This document shows positions 37,257 through 45,987 of a stretch of 64,000 nucleotides of DNA, piece after piece (position 1 is the first letter of the stretch; the number at the start of each line of letters is the position of its first letter). The DNA is from Candidatus Brachythrix odensensis. Its GTDB lineage: Bacteria > Chloroflexota > Anaerolineae > J036 > Brachytrichaceae. The DNA lies in NCBI GenBank assembly GCA_016714465.1, contig JADKDT010000005.1, positions 58,186 through 122,185 of the forward strand, read 5' to 3'. The notes below the pieces were generated by a model. The model did no database searches. It was given only the letters and a program-made list of their open reading frames with translations, and was not told the origin of the DNA. A program made the translations under genes and the position numbers.

Positions 37257-37308
37257 CGGATTCGATATCCCCGCCCCGGCGTACGCCGGGGCGGGGATAT
37301 CGAATCCG
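37257..37308. repeat. Hairpin repeat, CCCCGG-core family (copy 3)
   Basis: cggattcgatatccccgccccggcg-ta-cgccggggcggggatatcgaatccg. Confidence 0.7.
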
Positions 37309-37323
37309 GAAGGAGTTCAGTAA

Positions 37324-37710
37324 GTGGCCCTTAGCACCGGGGTCGACATTCTGCACGTGCCGCGAGTGGCCGAAGCCATCGCCCGGCATGGCGAGCGCTT
37401 TCTGGCCCGGGTCTACACCCCGGCCGAGATCGCGTATTGCCGCGGCCGCGCGCCGGAACTGGCCGCCCGCTTTGCGGCCAAAGAGGCCGTGGCCAAGGCG
37501 CTGGGGGTGGGGATGCGGGTGCTGTCGCGGCAGGGCGTGGGCTGGCACGAGATCGAGGTCGAGCGGGATGGGCTGGGCAAGCCGCACGTGCGGCTGAGCG
37601 GCTCGGCGGCCGAGCGCGCGGCACGTCTTGGGTTGAGCCGTTGGTCAATCTCGCTCGCCCATGAGCGCGAGTATGCGGTGGCGTTCGTGGTGGCGACGGC
37701 GGAGGCCTAG
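37324..37710 (+). CDS. acpS: Holo-[acyl-carrier-protein] synthase
   Basis: GTG 37324 with GGAAGGAG RBS. VGVDILHV.., [26 protein letters not shown]. Confidence 0.85.
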   Translation: MALSTGVDILHVPRVAEAIARHGERFLARVYTPAEIAYCRGRAPELAARFAAKEAVAKALGVGMRVLSRQGVGWHEIEVERDGLGKPHVRLSGSAAERAARLGLSRWSISLAHEREYAVAFVVATAEA

Positions 37711-37736
37711 ATTCGCGCTTGCGGTCCGATTCTTAA

Positions 37737-37790
37737 CAGAAGAAGGGAAGAAAGAAGGCTCCAAAACACCTTCTTTCTTCCCTTCTTCTG
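37737..37790. terminator. Perfect 22-bp purine/pyrimidine hairpin between convergent genes
   Basis: cagaagaagggaagaaagaagg-ctccaaaaca-ccttctttcttcccttcttctg. Confidence 0.6.
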
Positions 37791-37809
37791 TTGAAAAAAC
37801 CGCTCCCCC

Positions 37810-38457
37810 TTACGGGTCGCGGCTCAGCTTCGTAGCCAGCGCATCGATGGCGGTCTTGAGCTCGGCCTCGCGGAAGCTGGTGGTAAGCTCGCCACGGGTG
37901 CGCTCGAGCACGCCCCGGACCATGTCGGTGTTGCGGCGCAGCCCGCCGGTAAGCGCATCAGGGAAGTCCATCCCGACCAGCACGTCGTAGATGTCGTCCA
38001 TCGCGCCGAGCAGGCGTTCGCATTCGGCGCTGTGGCCGGCCCTCATTTTGTCGAGGGTGCGCCGGCGCAGCTCGCCGGCCGACTCGGCCAGGCCATTCAG
38101 ATACGCGGCAAACTCGACTCCGATGTCCTCTGGCTGCGGGAAGGGTTGGCCCTGGGCAATGGCGATGGTAATGCGGGCCTCGGCCAGCTCCTTGAAGGCA
38201 TCCTGGGTGTAGCCGGTGAAGTACAGGTCTGGATACGGGCGGACGTGCCCTCCCAGTTCATCGGCGGCGCGGCGGGCCTCGCCGACCAAGCGCTCGGCGG
38301 CGTCCCAGTCGTCGCGGTGGGCGGCGCGAATGGCCAGCGAGCAGAAGCGGATGAGCTCGCGCGAGATGTTGACGGCCGCGTCACGGGCGGCGTTCTTGAG
38401 TTTGAGCGTTTCTCGGATGCGATCGGCGATGGCGGGCAGATTGTTGGCTTCGGACAT
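37810..38457 (-). CDS. All-alpha protein, tentatively translin-family (COG2178-like)
   Basis: ORF 37810..38457, 215 aa. The family assignment rests on my recognition of the overall pattern only. Confidence 0.55.
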   Translation of the reverse strand: MSEANNLPAIADRIRETLKLKNAARDAAVNISRELIRFCSLAIRAAHRDDWDAAERLVGEARRAADELGGHVRPYPDLYFTGYTQDAFKELAEARITIAIAQGQPFPQPEDIGVEFAAYLNGLAESAGELRRRTLDKMRAGHSAECERLLGAMDDIYDVLVGMDFPDALTGGLRRNTDMVRGVLERTRGELTTSFREAELKTAIDALATKLSRDP

Positions 38458-38503
38458 GTCATGAGCGTAATGCCGATCAGGGGTTTCGTCCAGCGCAAGT
38501 TTT

Positions 38504-38550
38504 CCCGAAAATGATGCTCCCCGGCAGAGCCGGGGAGCATCATTTTCGGG
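38504..38550. repeat. Hairpin repeat, CCCCGG-core family (copy 4)
   Basis: cccgaaaatgatgctccccggc-aga-gccggggagcatcattttcggg. Confidence 0.7.
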
Positions 38551-38604
38551 ATTATTCGCCGCTTTCGCGGGTGGCTGGAGAAACGATTTGTCCAGCTTGC
38601 GTCA

Positions 38605-39432
38605 TCATGGCCCGTCCACCGCCCGCTGGGCCAAGCGCTCCGCCACATCCTGGCGGGTCAGCCGTGGCGCCGTCTGCGGGGTCACCCGCAGCGCCCGCTC
38701 GGCGGCCGCTTCGCGGGCCGGGTTAATGGCGATCACATACTCGTACGCTGTTTCGCGCTCCGGCGGGATCCAGTTGGGCCCGTCCACCGCCCGCTGGGCG
38801 GCGCGCTCCGCCACGTCCTGGCGGGTCAGTCGCGGCGCCGTCTGCGGGGTCACCCGCAGCGCCCGCTCGGCCGCCGCTTCGCGGGCCGGGTTAATGGCGA
38901 TCACATACTCGTACGCTGTTTCGCGCTCCGGCGGGGTCCAGTTGGGCCCGTCCACCGCCCGCTGGGCGGCGCGCTCCGCCACGTCCTGGCGGGTCAGCCG
39001 CGGCGCAACCTTGGGTATTAGCAGCTGCGCCCGATCGGCCGGCGATTCCCGAGCCGGATTGATGGCGATCGCAACGACCGGCATCGGTGATCGCGTCTCG
39101 AAGTCACCGGCCCCTGGCGCCGGCCAGACCACCGACGGCAACACGTCCGGGATTACAACCGGCCGGAAGTCGCCGGCGCCTGGGGCCGGCCAGACCACCT
39201 GAGGAAGCGGCTGAGGGGCGGTCCGTGGATCCGCAACGATCTCCTCCCATGGATAGGCCCGGCTGTTCTGGCTCGGGCCTTGAACGAGCTTGCGCAATTG
39301 GTCAACGAACGTTTGGGTGTTCTGCTGTTGTTGCTGAGTCTGGACCGGCACCTGAACCGGCATGCTGCACGACGCCAGCAACACCATCGCGGTAGCGGCC
39401 GCTGCCTTGGCGATATGGGTGTGCGTCTTCAT
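38605..39432 (-). CDS. Lipoprotein of unknown function with three tandem 56-aa repeats
   Basis: AGGAGG RBS precedes ATG 39432. Lipobox MKTHTHIAKAAAATAMVLLASC. Poly-Q stretch, VVWPAPGAGDF x2, then AINPARExAAERALRVTPQTAPRLTRQDVAERAAQRAVDGPNWxPPERETAYEYVI x about 2.7. Confidence 0.75.
   Translation of the reverse strand: MKTHTHIAKAAAATAMVLLASCSMPVQVPVQTQQQQQNTQTFVDQLRKLVQGPSQNSRAYPWEEIVADPRTAPQPLPQVVWPAPGAGDFRPVVIPDVLPSVVWPAPGAGDFETRSPMPVVAIAINPARESPADRAQLLIPKVAPRLTRQDVAERAAQRAVDGPNWTPPERETAYEYVIAINPAREAAAERALRVTPQTAPRLTRQDVAERAAQRAVDGPNWIPPERETAYEYVIAINPAREAAAERALRVTPQTAPRLTRQDVAERLAQRAVDGP
38609..39071. repeat. 168-bp tandem repeat, about 2.7 copies (intragenic)
   Basis: Unit starts at 38609, 38777 and 38945 (ggcccgtccaccgcccgctggg...). 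The first two units are nearly identical. Confidence 0.85.
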
Positions 39433-39617
39433 GGAAATCCTCCTGAAGTGCCCTGCCCGCCGCCGCAAGCCAAAGACATGGTCTGACCCGTCATCCGGGC
39501 CGTTCTCGCTGGCGCTCCGGGCATCCGGGCACCACATTCAGACTAGGCGCGACGCGCATCGAAATCAAGCGGTTGACTGACATGAAAAGTCGTACTTTTC
39601 TCGTTGTATTGGCCCGT

Positions 39618-40692
39618 TCAGCGCGGGGTGGCCCCCAGTTTCTTCAAGGCATCAATCAGCGCCGGCCTGAACTCGGGGAAGAAGGTGCCATCGAGCTCCA
39701 CCACCGTCGTCTTGGACGAGAGCTTCTCGTAGAAGGCGATCCCGGCGCGCCAGGCCGCCGTCATCCTTGGGGAAGTAGTCCGGCTCGGGCGGCCACCCAT
39801 CACGGGGAAACATCAGCAAGCTCATTTCCTTTCGGTGCAGGATGAACACCGGCAGCTCGCCCAGGGTCTTCACCCCGGTCAGCAGCGCCTCACTGGCCGG
39901 TACGTCGATCATCTCGTCAACCTTGAGAGAGGGACTGACGAAGCGCGCCTGGGCGCGGTTCTCCCAGAAGGCGCGGAACGCGGTCACGCGCAGGCTCTCC
40001 CCCTCGGTCTTGGCCGGCGCCAGCCTGTCCATGTTCTGGTAGAACCCGGGCCCGTCGGGCTCGATCAGGATCAGCCCGGCGACCTCCCTGGGGTATTTGG
40101 CGGCGTACAGCACATCGATCATCGCGCCGTATCCGTTCGAGACCAGGATATAGGGCGGCTTGAGGCCGGCGGCTTTCATCATCAGGCGGGCATCCTCGAC
40201 CTGATCCAGCGCGGTGCGACGCGCAGACACGGGATCGCTCTTTGCATCGACTGTTGCGAAAGCATTGGCGTAAGCATTGGCGCGAAGGTAGCTGCAGGTC
40301 CGGGTGACCTTCATCTGCGCGGGGTTGAAGGAAGGCCAAGTTTCACCAACAAACTCGAGCAACCCTTCCTCGAACAACACGGCCGGCTCGCCGGCGCCAT
40401 GGCAGGTCAGGGCTATGGAGCGCCCGCCAATGTCGACCTTGCCGTCGAACAGGCGCTGGTCGGCGGCGATGAGGGGCGGAACCGCGGTCGGAAGCACCGG
40501 CGCAAGCGTCGGCAGGGCGGGCACGCCAGCTGGAAGGGCCGGCGCGGCGGTTGGAAGGGCCAGCGCCGGCGGCGCGGCGGGCGGCTTGACCTGGGGCGCT
40601 TGAACGGGCGCCGGAATCGGGGCGCTGCAGGCGGCAAGAAGCGCCAGCAGCAGCGCGGCGGGTGCGCGCAGGGCGATCTGAGAGGTCTTCAT
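39618..40692 (-). CDS. Alpha/beta-hydrolase-like lipoprotein, frame broken near 39757
   Basis: AAGGAG RBS precedes ATG 40692. Lipobox LLLALLAAC and a Pro/Ala-rich linker. ..EPDYFPKDD is in ORF 39652..40908. AAWRAGIAFYEKLSSKTTVVELDGTFFPEF.. continues in ORF 39618..39803. Removing one G restores the frame. Confidence 0.65.
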
Positions 40693-40896
40693 GGGGTGTG
40701 TCTCCTTTGCGGCCGCGCCTCCCACGCCCTCGCCGTCTCCTGGCGCCACCCCGGGGCGGCGCCAGGAGGAGCCCGAAGACACGCGGGAACCACGGCCATG
40801 GCTCCCGCATAACGCTATGCCGCCCGGGCGCGAAGATCCATGGGCCAACTCGTACGAAAAGTGGCATTTCCGGAACTGGGTATCATTCGCGCCCGT

Positions 40897-42480
40897 ATGA
40901 CATCTCAATCCCCCACCCCCGCTCAGAAGGACTGGCTGTGGCGCCCCGCGCTGATCGTCTTCATCAGCAACGTCTGCATCATGGTGATCGAACTGGTGGC
41001 CGGGCGCATGGTCGCGCCGATCATCGGCGTGTCGCTCTACACGTGGACGAGCATCATCGGGGTGATCCTGGCCGGGATCAGCCTGGGCAATTTCATCGGC
41101 GGCAAGATCGCCGACCGGATGGCCTCGCGCCGGACGCTCGGGATCATCTTCATCCTGGCCGGCCTCGGTGCGCTGAGCGTGCTGTTCTCGGTTGAAGCGC
41201 TCAGCGCGTCCGGGCTGCCCTCGCTGAGCTGGATGCCGCTGATCGGACGGATGGTGCTGTTCATCACCCTCATCTACTTCCTGCCCAGCACGATGCTTGG
41301 CCTGATCTCGCCGGTGGTCATCAAGCTCACCTTGCTGGATCTGAAGGCGACCGGCAATGTGATCGGCCGGATCTACGCGGCCTCGGCCCTGGGCAGCATC
41401 GTGGGAACCTTTGCCACGGGCTACTTCCTGATCTCGGCGTTTGGCACCCGGTTGATCAGCCTGGGCGTGGGCGCGCTGCTCATCTTCATGGGCGTCCTGC
41501 TCGGGCAGTGGTTTCGAAACCGGGCGGTGGCCGCCGTCGCCGCGGTTGTCGCCGCCCTCGCCGTAGGGGCGGCCTTCACCCAGAATCCGCGTCTGCGCGA
41601 TTCCATGGATTCAGGCTGCACGATCGAATCCAATTACTTCTGCATCAAGGTTCGCGATGAAACCCAGAACGACAAGGCCTACAAGGTTCTTTCGCTGGAC
41701 GCGCTGGTGCACAGCTACAACTCGTTGGAGGATCCGCGCGAGCTGCGCTACGCCTACGAGCAGGTGGGGGCCGAGGTGGCCGAGTTCCTGCAGAAACGCG
41801 ACAACCGGATCGACATGCTCCTGATCGGCGGGGGCGGCTACACCTTGCCGCGCTATCTGGAGTCGGTCTATCCAAACGTCAACATCGACGTGTCCGAGAT
41901 CGACCCGGCCGTGACCGCCACCGCCTACGACAGCCTGGGGCTGGCGCGCAACACCCGGACGGTGTCCTATAACGAGGATGCCCGCCAGTTTCTCGTTACC
42001 CTCGATCCCGCCCGGAAATACAACTACATCCACGGCGACGCCTTTAACGACTTCTCGGTGCCCTATCACCTCACCACCCGCGAGTTCAACGAGCTGGTCA
42101 AGCGCCATCTCACGCCCAACGGGATTTACCTGAGCAACGTCATCGACGGGCGGGATCTGCCCTTTGCGCGAGCGCTGCTGCGGACGCTGAAGGCGACCTT
42201 CACCCACGTCTACTTCATCCCGTCGAACAAGGCCTACCGCGACATTCGGGCGAACACCATGCTGGTGCTGGCGACCAACAGCCCGCTCGACACGCCGGCC
42301 TTCGCCACCCTCAACGGCCACGACAACCAGAGCCAGTTCAGCGCCTGGATCATCGACGACGCCGAACTCGACGCCTGGCTGGGGACAGGCCCGCAGTTCC
42401 TGCTCACCGATGATTATGTGCCGACCGACAACCTGCTGACGGGCGTGTTTGAGGTCAAGCTCGCGGTGCCTACTCCCTGA
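40897..42480 (+). CDS. Fused polytopic membrane domain + spermidine-synthase-like SAM-dependent aminopropyltransferase domain
   Basis: ORF 40840..42480 trimmed to ATG 40897. About 7 hydrophobic segments, then LLIGGGGYTLPRYL, VSEIDPAV and HGDAFND. Confidence 0.75.
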   Translation: MTSQSPTPAQKDWLWRPALIVFISNVCIMVIELVAGRMVAPIIGVSLYTWTSIIGVILAGISLGNFIGGKIADRMASRRTLGIIFILAGLGALSVLFSVEALSASGLPSLSWMPLIGRMVLFITLIYFLPSTMLGLISPVVIKLTLLDLKATGNVIGRIYAASALGSIVGTFATGYFLISAFGTRLISLGVGALLIFMGVLLGQWFRNRAVAAVAAVVAALAVGAAFTQNPRLRDSMDSGCTIESNYFCIKVRDETQNDKAYKVLSLDALVHSYNSLEDPRELRYAYEQVGAEVAEFLQKRDNRIDMLLIGGGGYTLPRYLESVYPNVNIDVSEIDPAVTATAYDSLGLARNTRTVSYNEDARQFLVTLDPARKYNYIHGDAFNDFSVPYHLTTREFNELVKRHLTPNGIYLSNVIDGRDLPFARALLRTLKATFTHVYFIPSNKAYRDIRANTMLVLATNSPLDTPAFATLNGHDNQSQFSAWIIDDAELDAWLGTGPQFLLTDDYVPTDNLLTGVFEVKLAVPTP

Positions 42481-42481
42481 C

Positions 42482-42536
42482 TTCTTGGGAGACAACATGC
42501 CCCGGCTTCGCCGGGGCATGTTGTTTCTCCCAAGAA
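42482..42536. repeat. Hairpin repeat, CCCCGG-core family (copy 5)
   Basis: ttcttgggagacaacatgccccgg-cttcg-ccggggcatgttgtttctcccaagaa (one bulge). Confidence 0.7.
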
Positions 42537-42555
42537 CCGAACCAGTGCTGCGCTT

Positions 42556-42918
42556 CTTCTTGTGCTATTGATTAACCGTATTCGTAGTAGGGGCGTGGAT
42601 GATGTGGATAACCGTCGGCTCGCCCAGCGCTGGCGGCAAGCGCCGGGCGAGCGCCAGATGTGCTGGTGATACGCGCTTTGGCCTGGGACGGGCTGTATAT
42701 CCCATGTGGGGGATTATTTATCGCAACTTGTGAGATGGATATCCCAAACGCCATGGGTGGGGTGGGATATCGCGAGGTCCGCGCCCGAGCCACACGCTGT
42801 GCGCAAAACATTCCGGCCAAACGTGGATAATCTCCGCAGCGGCCAGATGCAGGGTCAAGTCGAGACCGCGTCCGACGTCATCCACATGCGATTTCCACAG
42901 GCTCACCCAGAATCCACA
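42556..42918. promoter_or_regulatory. DnaA-box cluster with adjacent GC cluster, DnaA-trio-like triplets and AT-rich tract (candidate oriC / DnaA-binding locus)
   Basis: TGTGGATAA (9/9) at 42603-42611 abuts CGTGGATGA (7/9) at 42594-42602. CGTGGATAA (8/9) at 42822-42830. In the opposite orientation: TCATCCACA (8/9) at 42878-42886, ATTTCCACA (7/9) at 42891-42899, GAATCCACA (7/9) at 42910-42918. GGG at 42591-42593, then read 3'->5': GAT GAT GCT TAT GCC AAT TAG TTA. Local AT-rich tracts at 42556-42590 and 42692-42745. Confidence 0.5.
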
Positions 42919-42933
42919 GAGGCTATTCTGGTT

Positions 42934-42980
42934 TTCGGGAGCGATGTTCCCCGGCTTTGCCGGGGAACATCGCTCCCGAA
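42934..42980. repeat. Hairpin repeat, CCCCGG-core family (copy 6)
   Basis: ttcgggagcgatgttccccgg-ctttg-ccggggaacatcgctcccgaa. Confidence 0.7.
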
Positions 42981-43010
42981 GACAGATCCATCAAGAAGGA
43001 TGGCGCGCTG

Positions 43011-44465
43011 ATGGACACTGTCGCATCGCTGTGCGATCGTTATGGTGTCGATATGGCCCATGCGCGGCACGTCGCCGCGATGACGCGCCAGTTGCTTGAG
43101 GCCGCGCGGGCCCGGCTTCCTGATCCGGACCGCCTGGTCGCGCTGGGCGAGATCGCCGCGCTTCTACACAACGTCGGGATGAACCTGGACCCGGCCCGCC
43201 ATCACACCGTCGGGCGCGACATCGTCGCAGCGAGCGAGATCGAAGGGGTGGACGCCACCGAGCGGGCGATGCTTGCCTGCGCGGTGCGCTTCCATCGCAA
43301 GAAGGTCGACCCGGATGCCGAGCCATTGATGCAGGCGTTGACTGCCGCGCAGCGGCAGTCAACGCTACTGATCACGGCCGCGTTGCGGGTGGCGGACGGG
43401 CTGGACTACCACGGGCGCCAGGACACCCGGATCGTAGCCCTGACCCTCGACCCGGAAGGCGCGCTGTTGCGCGTGCGCGGCGCGTATTGCCACGAAAACA
43501 GGGCCCGGGCGCTCTCCAAGGCCGGGGTGTGGAACACCGTCCTGCCCCCGCTGCGCATCGAGGCCAGGATGGACCGGCCGGGCGCGGATGGGGATATAGC
43601 GCTGGGCGCGGCCGCCCGGCGGATTCTGCGCTACCTGGTCGACCGGCGCGGGCTGGACGCGCTTGTGAGGCGGGCAACCGGCCCGGGCGGCGAAACGGCT
43701 GATGTTTCAATCCGGGCGCTGCGGACCGGTTTTCGCCGGCTGCGGATCGGCGCGCGGGTTTTCGGACGTTATGCGCCTGCGCGCGTGATGCGCGGGCTCG
43801 AGGCGCGCCTGCGTGAGATCGGGGCGGCCGGCGGCCCGGCCCGCGAGACCGAGATGATGGTCGGGCTGCTCGACGCGTATCTGGCGGATGCCGATCCCGC
43901 CGCGCGCGCGGCGCTCGGGCCGATGCGGGCGGTGTGGGACATCGCCCGACGCGAGGCGCGCCGGGTGTATTTTGAGATGCTGCGCCGGTCTGGCGCGGAC
44001 GACTGGCTGAGCGGCCTGGCCGGGCTCGATCTCGCTGACGATGACAGCGCCGCCCTGCCGGCGGGGCAACCCTGGCTGATGCGGCACCTGGCCCCAGCTG
44101 TGCTGCAGCGCTATTTGACTCGGGTTCGGGCGTTTGACACCCTGGCCCGCGACGCGTCGATTGCGGACTGGCATCGCTATCGCATGGCCGTCCGGCAGCT
44201 GCGCACGGTGGCTGATCTGCTCCGCGACGCGCTGCCGGACGGGCAGATCAAGCCGATTCTGGCCCGTTGCCGCGAAACACAAGACGCGCTGGGCGAGCTG
44301 CGCGACGCGCACATCACGGCCCAGGCGGCGCTTCAGTTTGTGTCGGGGCTGCCCGCGCCAGATGCGGAGGGGTCGGATGCCGGGCGGGCGGGTTTGGCCT
44401 TCGCTGCCTGGCTGCAGGAGAAGGCGGCCGCGCTACAGCCGGAGAGGGTGGAGGCGTGGGGGTAG
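43011..44465 (+). CDS. HD-domain (Ppx/GppA C-terminal type) + CHAD-domain protein (polyphosphate-associated family)
   Basis: ORF 42957..44465 trimmed to ATG 43011. HNVG..HH..GRDIV HD-like N-terminal part and a long helical Arg/Ala-rich CHAD-like C-terminal part. Confidence 0.65.
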   Translation: MDTVASLCDRYGVDMAHARHVAAMTRQLLEAARARLPDPDRLVALGEIAALLHNVGMNLDPARHHTVGRDIVAASEIEGVDATERAMLACAVRFHRKKVDPDAEPLMQALTAAQRQSTLLITAALRVADGLDYHGRQDTRIVALTLDPEGALLRVRGAYCHENRARALSKAGVWNTVLPPLRIEARMDRPGADGDIALGAAARRILRYLVDRRGLDALVRRATGPGGETADVSIRALRTGFRRLRIGARVFGRYAPARVMRGLEARLREIGAAGGPARETEMMVGLLDAYLADADPAARAALGPMRAVWDIARREARRVYFEMLRRSGADDWLSGLAGLDLADDDSAALPAGQPWLMRHLAPAVLQRYLTRVRAFDTLARDASIADWHRYRMAVRQLRTVADLLRDALPDGQIKPILARCRETQDALGELRDAHITAQAALQFVSGLPAPDAEGSDAGRAGLAFAAWLQEKAAALQPERVEAWG

Positions 44466-44469
44466 GACC

Positions 44470-44880
44470 TCACTCCGAGCCGCTGATGCGCTCGGGCCGG
44501 ATGCGGTAGGTCACCCGAATCTCGCTGGGGCTGCGCCATTTGTAAGATGGGTTGCCGGTGTATTTCATCGAGAGGGCATCGATGATGGCATCCCCATCGG
44601 CCTCGGTGATCTCGATGACGCGCCCGCGGATGGTGAGATACCGGCCGGAGTTGGCGGGGTCCGATATTTCGAGCGCGATGCGCCCGTCGCGGCGCAGGTT
44701 CTTGTCCTTCAACCGGCCGCGGGCGCTGTTGATGACGAGCAGATCGCCTTCGCGCATGATCCAGACGGGTGTCACCTGGGGGCTGCCATCGGGCATCAGG
44801 GTGGCGACGTGGGCGATGGCGGGCTTGACCAGCAGGTCGGCGTATTCGGCCGGGATGGGGGCGGGGGGAAGAGAAGACAT
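44470..44880 (-). CDS. Pyridoxamine 5'-phosphate oxidase-family split-barrel flavin/F420-binding protein
   Basis: ORF 44470..44880, 136 aa. IAHVATLMPDGSPQVTPVW and RRDGRIALEI pattern. Confidence 0.7.
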   Translation of the reverse strand: MSSLPPAPIPAEYADLLVKPAIAHVATLMPDGSPQVTPVWIMREGDLLVINSARGRLKDKNLRRDGRIALEISDPANSGRYLTIRGRVIEITEADGDAIIDALSMKYTGNPSYKWRSPSEIRVTYRIRPERISGSE

Positions 44881-44930
44881 GTTCGCAGTGTAGCGGAGCC
44901 CCTTGAGGGGGCTTCTGATTGTCGCAGGGA

Positions 44931-45033
44931 ATCTATCCGCAGATTACGCAGATTCTCGCCGATCTTGTTTTGTAAGAGGCGCTCCGGACAACCAAGAATA
45001 ATCGGCGAGTATCTGCGTAATCTGCGGATAGAT
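44931..45033. repeat. 33-bp inverted repeat pair separated by 37 bp (MITE-like or bidirectional hairpin)
   Basis: atctatccgcagattacgcagattctcgccgat (44931-44963) versus the reverse complement of 45001-45033, with 2 mismatches (31/33). Confidence 0.8.
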
Positions 45034-45035
45034 GA

Positions 45036-45797
45036 TTAGCCCCGGACTTCGCCGCGCATGAACTGGGCGATGCGCCCGGCGGCGGGGTGGCCGAGTTTGT
45101 CGGTCAGGGCGATGACGGCGGCCTGGTCATAGGCGACCCGGCGGGGTTCAACCCGGTGAGTGCTCGCATCTGCATGCAAGATGGCGTATTTGGCCCGCTG
45201 GTCCTCAACCGGCGAATTGCTGACACTGCCAAGGTTAAAGACGCGCACGCCATCGACGGTCAGGTCCATCGGGATGTGGGTGTGTCCGGCAAAGACCAGG
45301 TCGGCGGCGCAGCCGGCCAAGGCGGCCCGCAGTTCGGCCTCGCTGAGCTTGGGTGAGAGGCCCTTGCCGTCGTCGGTGCCCGGCGCGGCGTGGACGCCCA
45401 GCACGCGCGTGCCGTCGGGCAGGGTCAGGCGCAGGTCGAGGGGCAGCTCGCGCATCCAACCCAGGAAACCGGCCGCGGTGACGGCGCCCATGGTCCAGGC
45501 CATCGAGCGGGCGAAATCCAGCACCCCTTCGATCTTGTCGGGATGGGCCCGGGCTTCAGCGAGCCAACCCTCGACAAGGCCCTGGGTCGTCGCATAACGA
45601 TCGGTGTTTCCGCGCAGGAAATGGGCGTTGGGCAGCGCCCGGATCTGCTCAAGCACGCCGACCGGGTCAGGGCCGATCGCGGCGAAGTCGCCGAGCAGCC
45701 AGTAGCCGTCCACCCCGCCCGCGTGCTCGATATCGGCGAGCACCGCGTCGAGGGCGATTGAATTGCCGTGAATGTCGGACAGGATGGCGAGTTTCAT
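45036..45797 (-). CDS. Calcineurin-like metallophosphoesterase (YfcE/MJ0936-like)
   Basis: ORF 45036..45824; ATG 45797 is preferred (MKLAILSDIHGN). GDFAA, GNTD and GHTH motifs. Confidence 0.8.
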   Translation of the reverse strand: MKLAILSDIHGNSIALDAVLADIEHAGGVDGYWLLGDFAAIGPDPVGVLEQIRALPNAHFLRGNTDRYATTQGLVEGWLAEARAHPDKIEGVLDFARSMAWTMGAVTAAGFLGWMRELPLDLRLTLPDGTRVLGVHAAPGTDDGKGLSPKLSEAELRAALAGCAADLVFAGHTHIPMDLTVDGVRVFNLGSVSNSPVEDQRAKYAILHADASTHRVEPRRVAYDQAAVIALTDKLGHPAAGRIAQFMRGEVRG

Positions 45798-45870
45798 TGT
45801 GTTTGGATCTCCCTCATACGACATACGTCATCCGTCATTGTTCAACGCGCCAAAAATCCTTGCAAGAGAC

Positions 45871-45928
45871 GGGAGAAAGGGAGAAAGGGGAAGGAGCCAG
45901 AACGCCCCTTCTTGCTTCTCCTTCTCCT
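45871..45928. repeat. Imperfect purine/pyrimidine hairpin (similar in style to 37737-37790)
   Basis: gggagaaagggagaaaggggaagg ... ccccttcttgcttctccttctcc. Confidence 0.5.
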
Positions 45929-45987
45929 GTTTCTGCAAGGGCCGTGGCCCGCTGAACAATGAAGGATCACGCATGACGTGTGACGCG

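Noticed and set aside
38609-39071. Regularly spaced repeats that might be a CRISPR array (also the CACGGA repeats)
   Set aside because: The 168-bp units are contiguous with no unique spacers and lie in-frame within a lipoprotein gene. The CACGGA units are 6-mers inside inverted arms. No cas genes are present.
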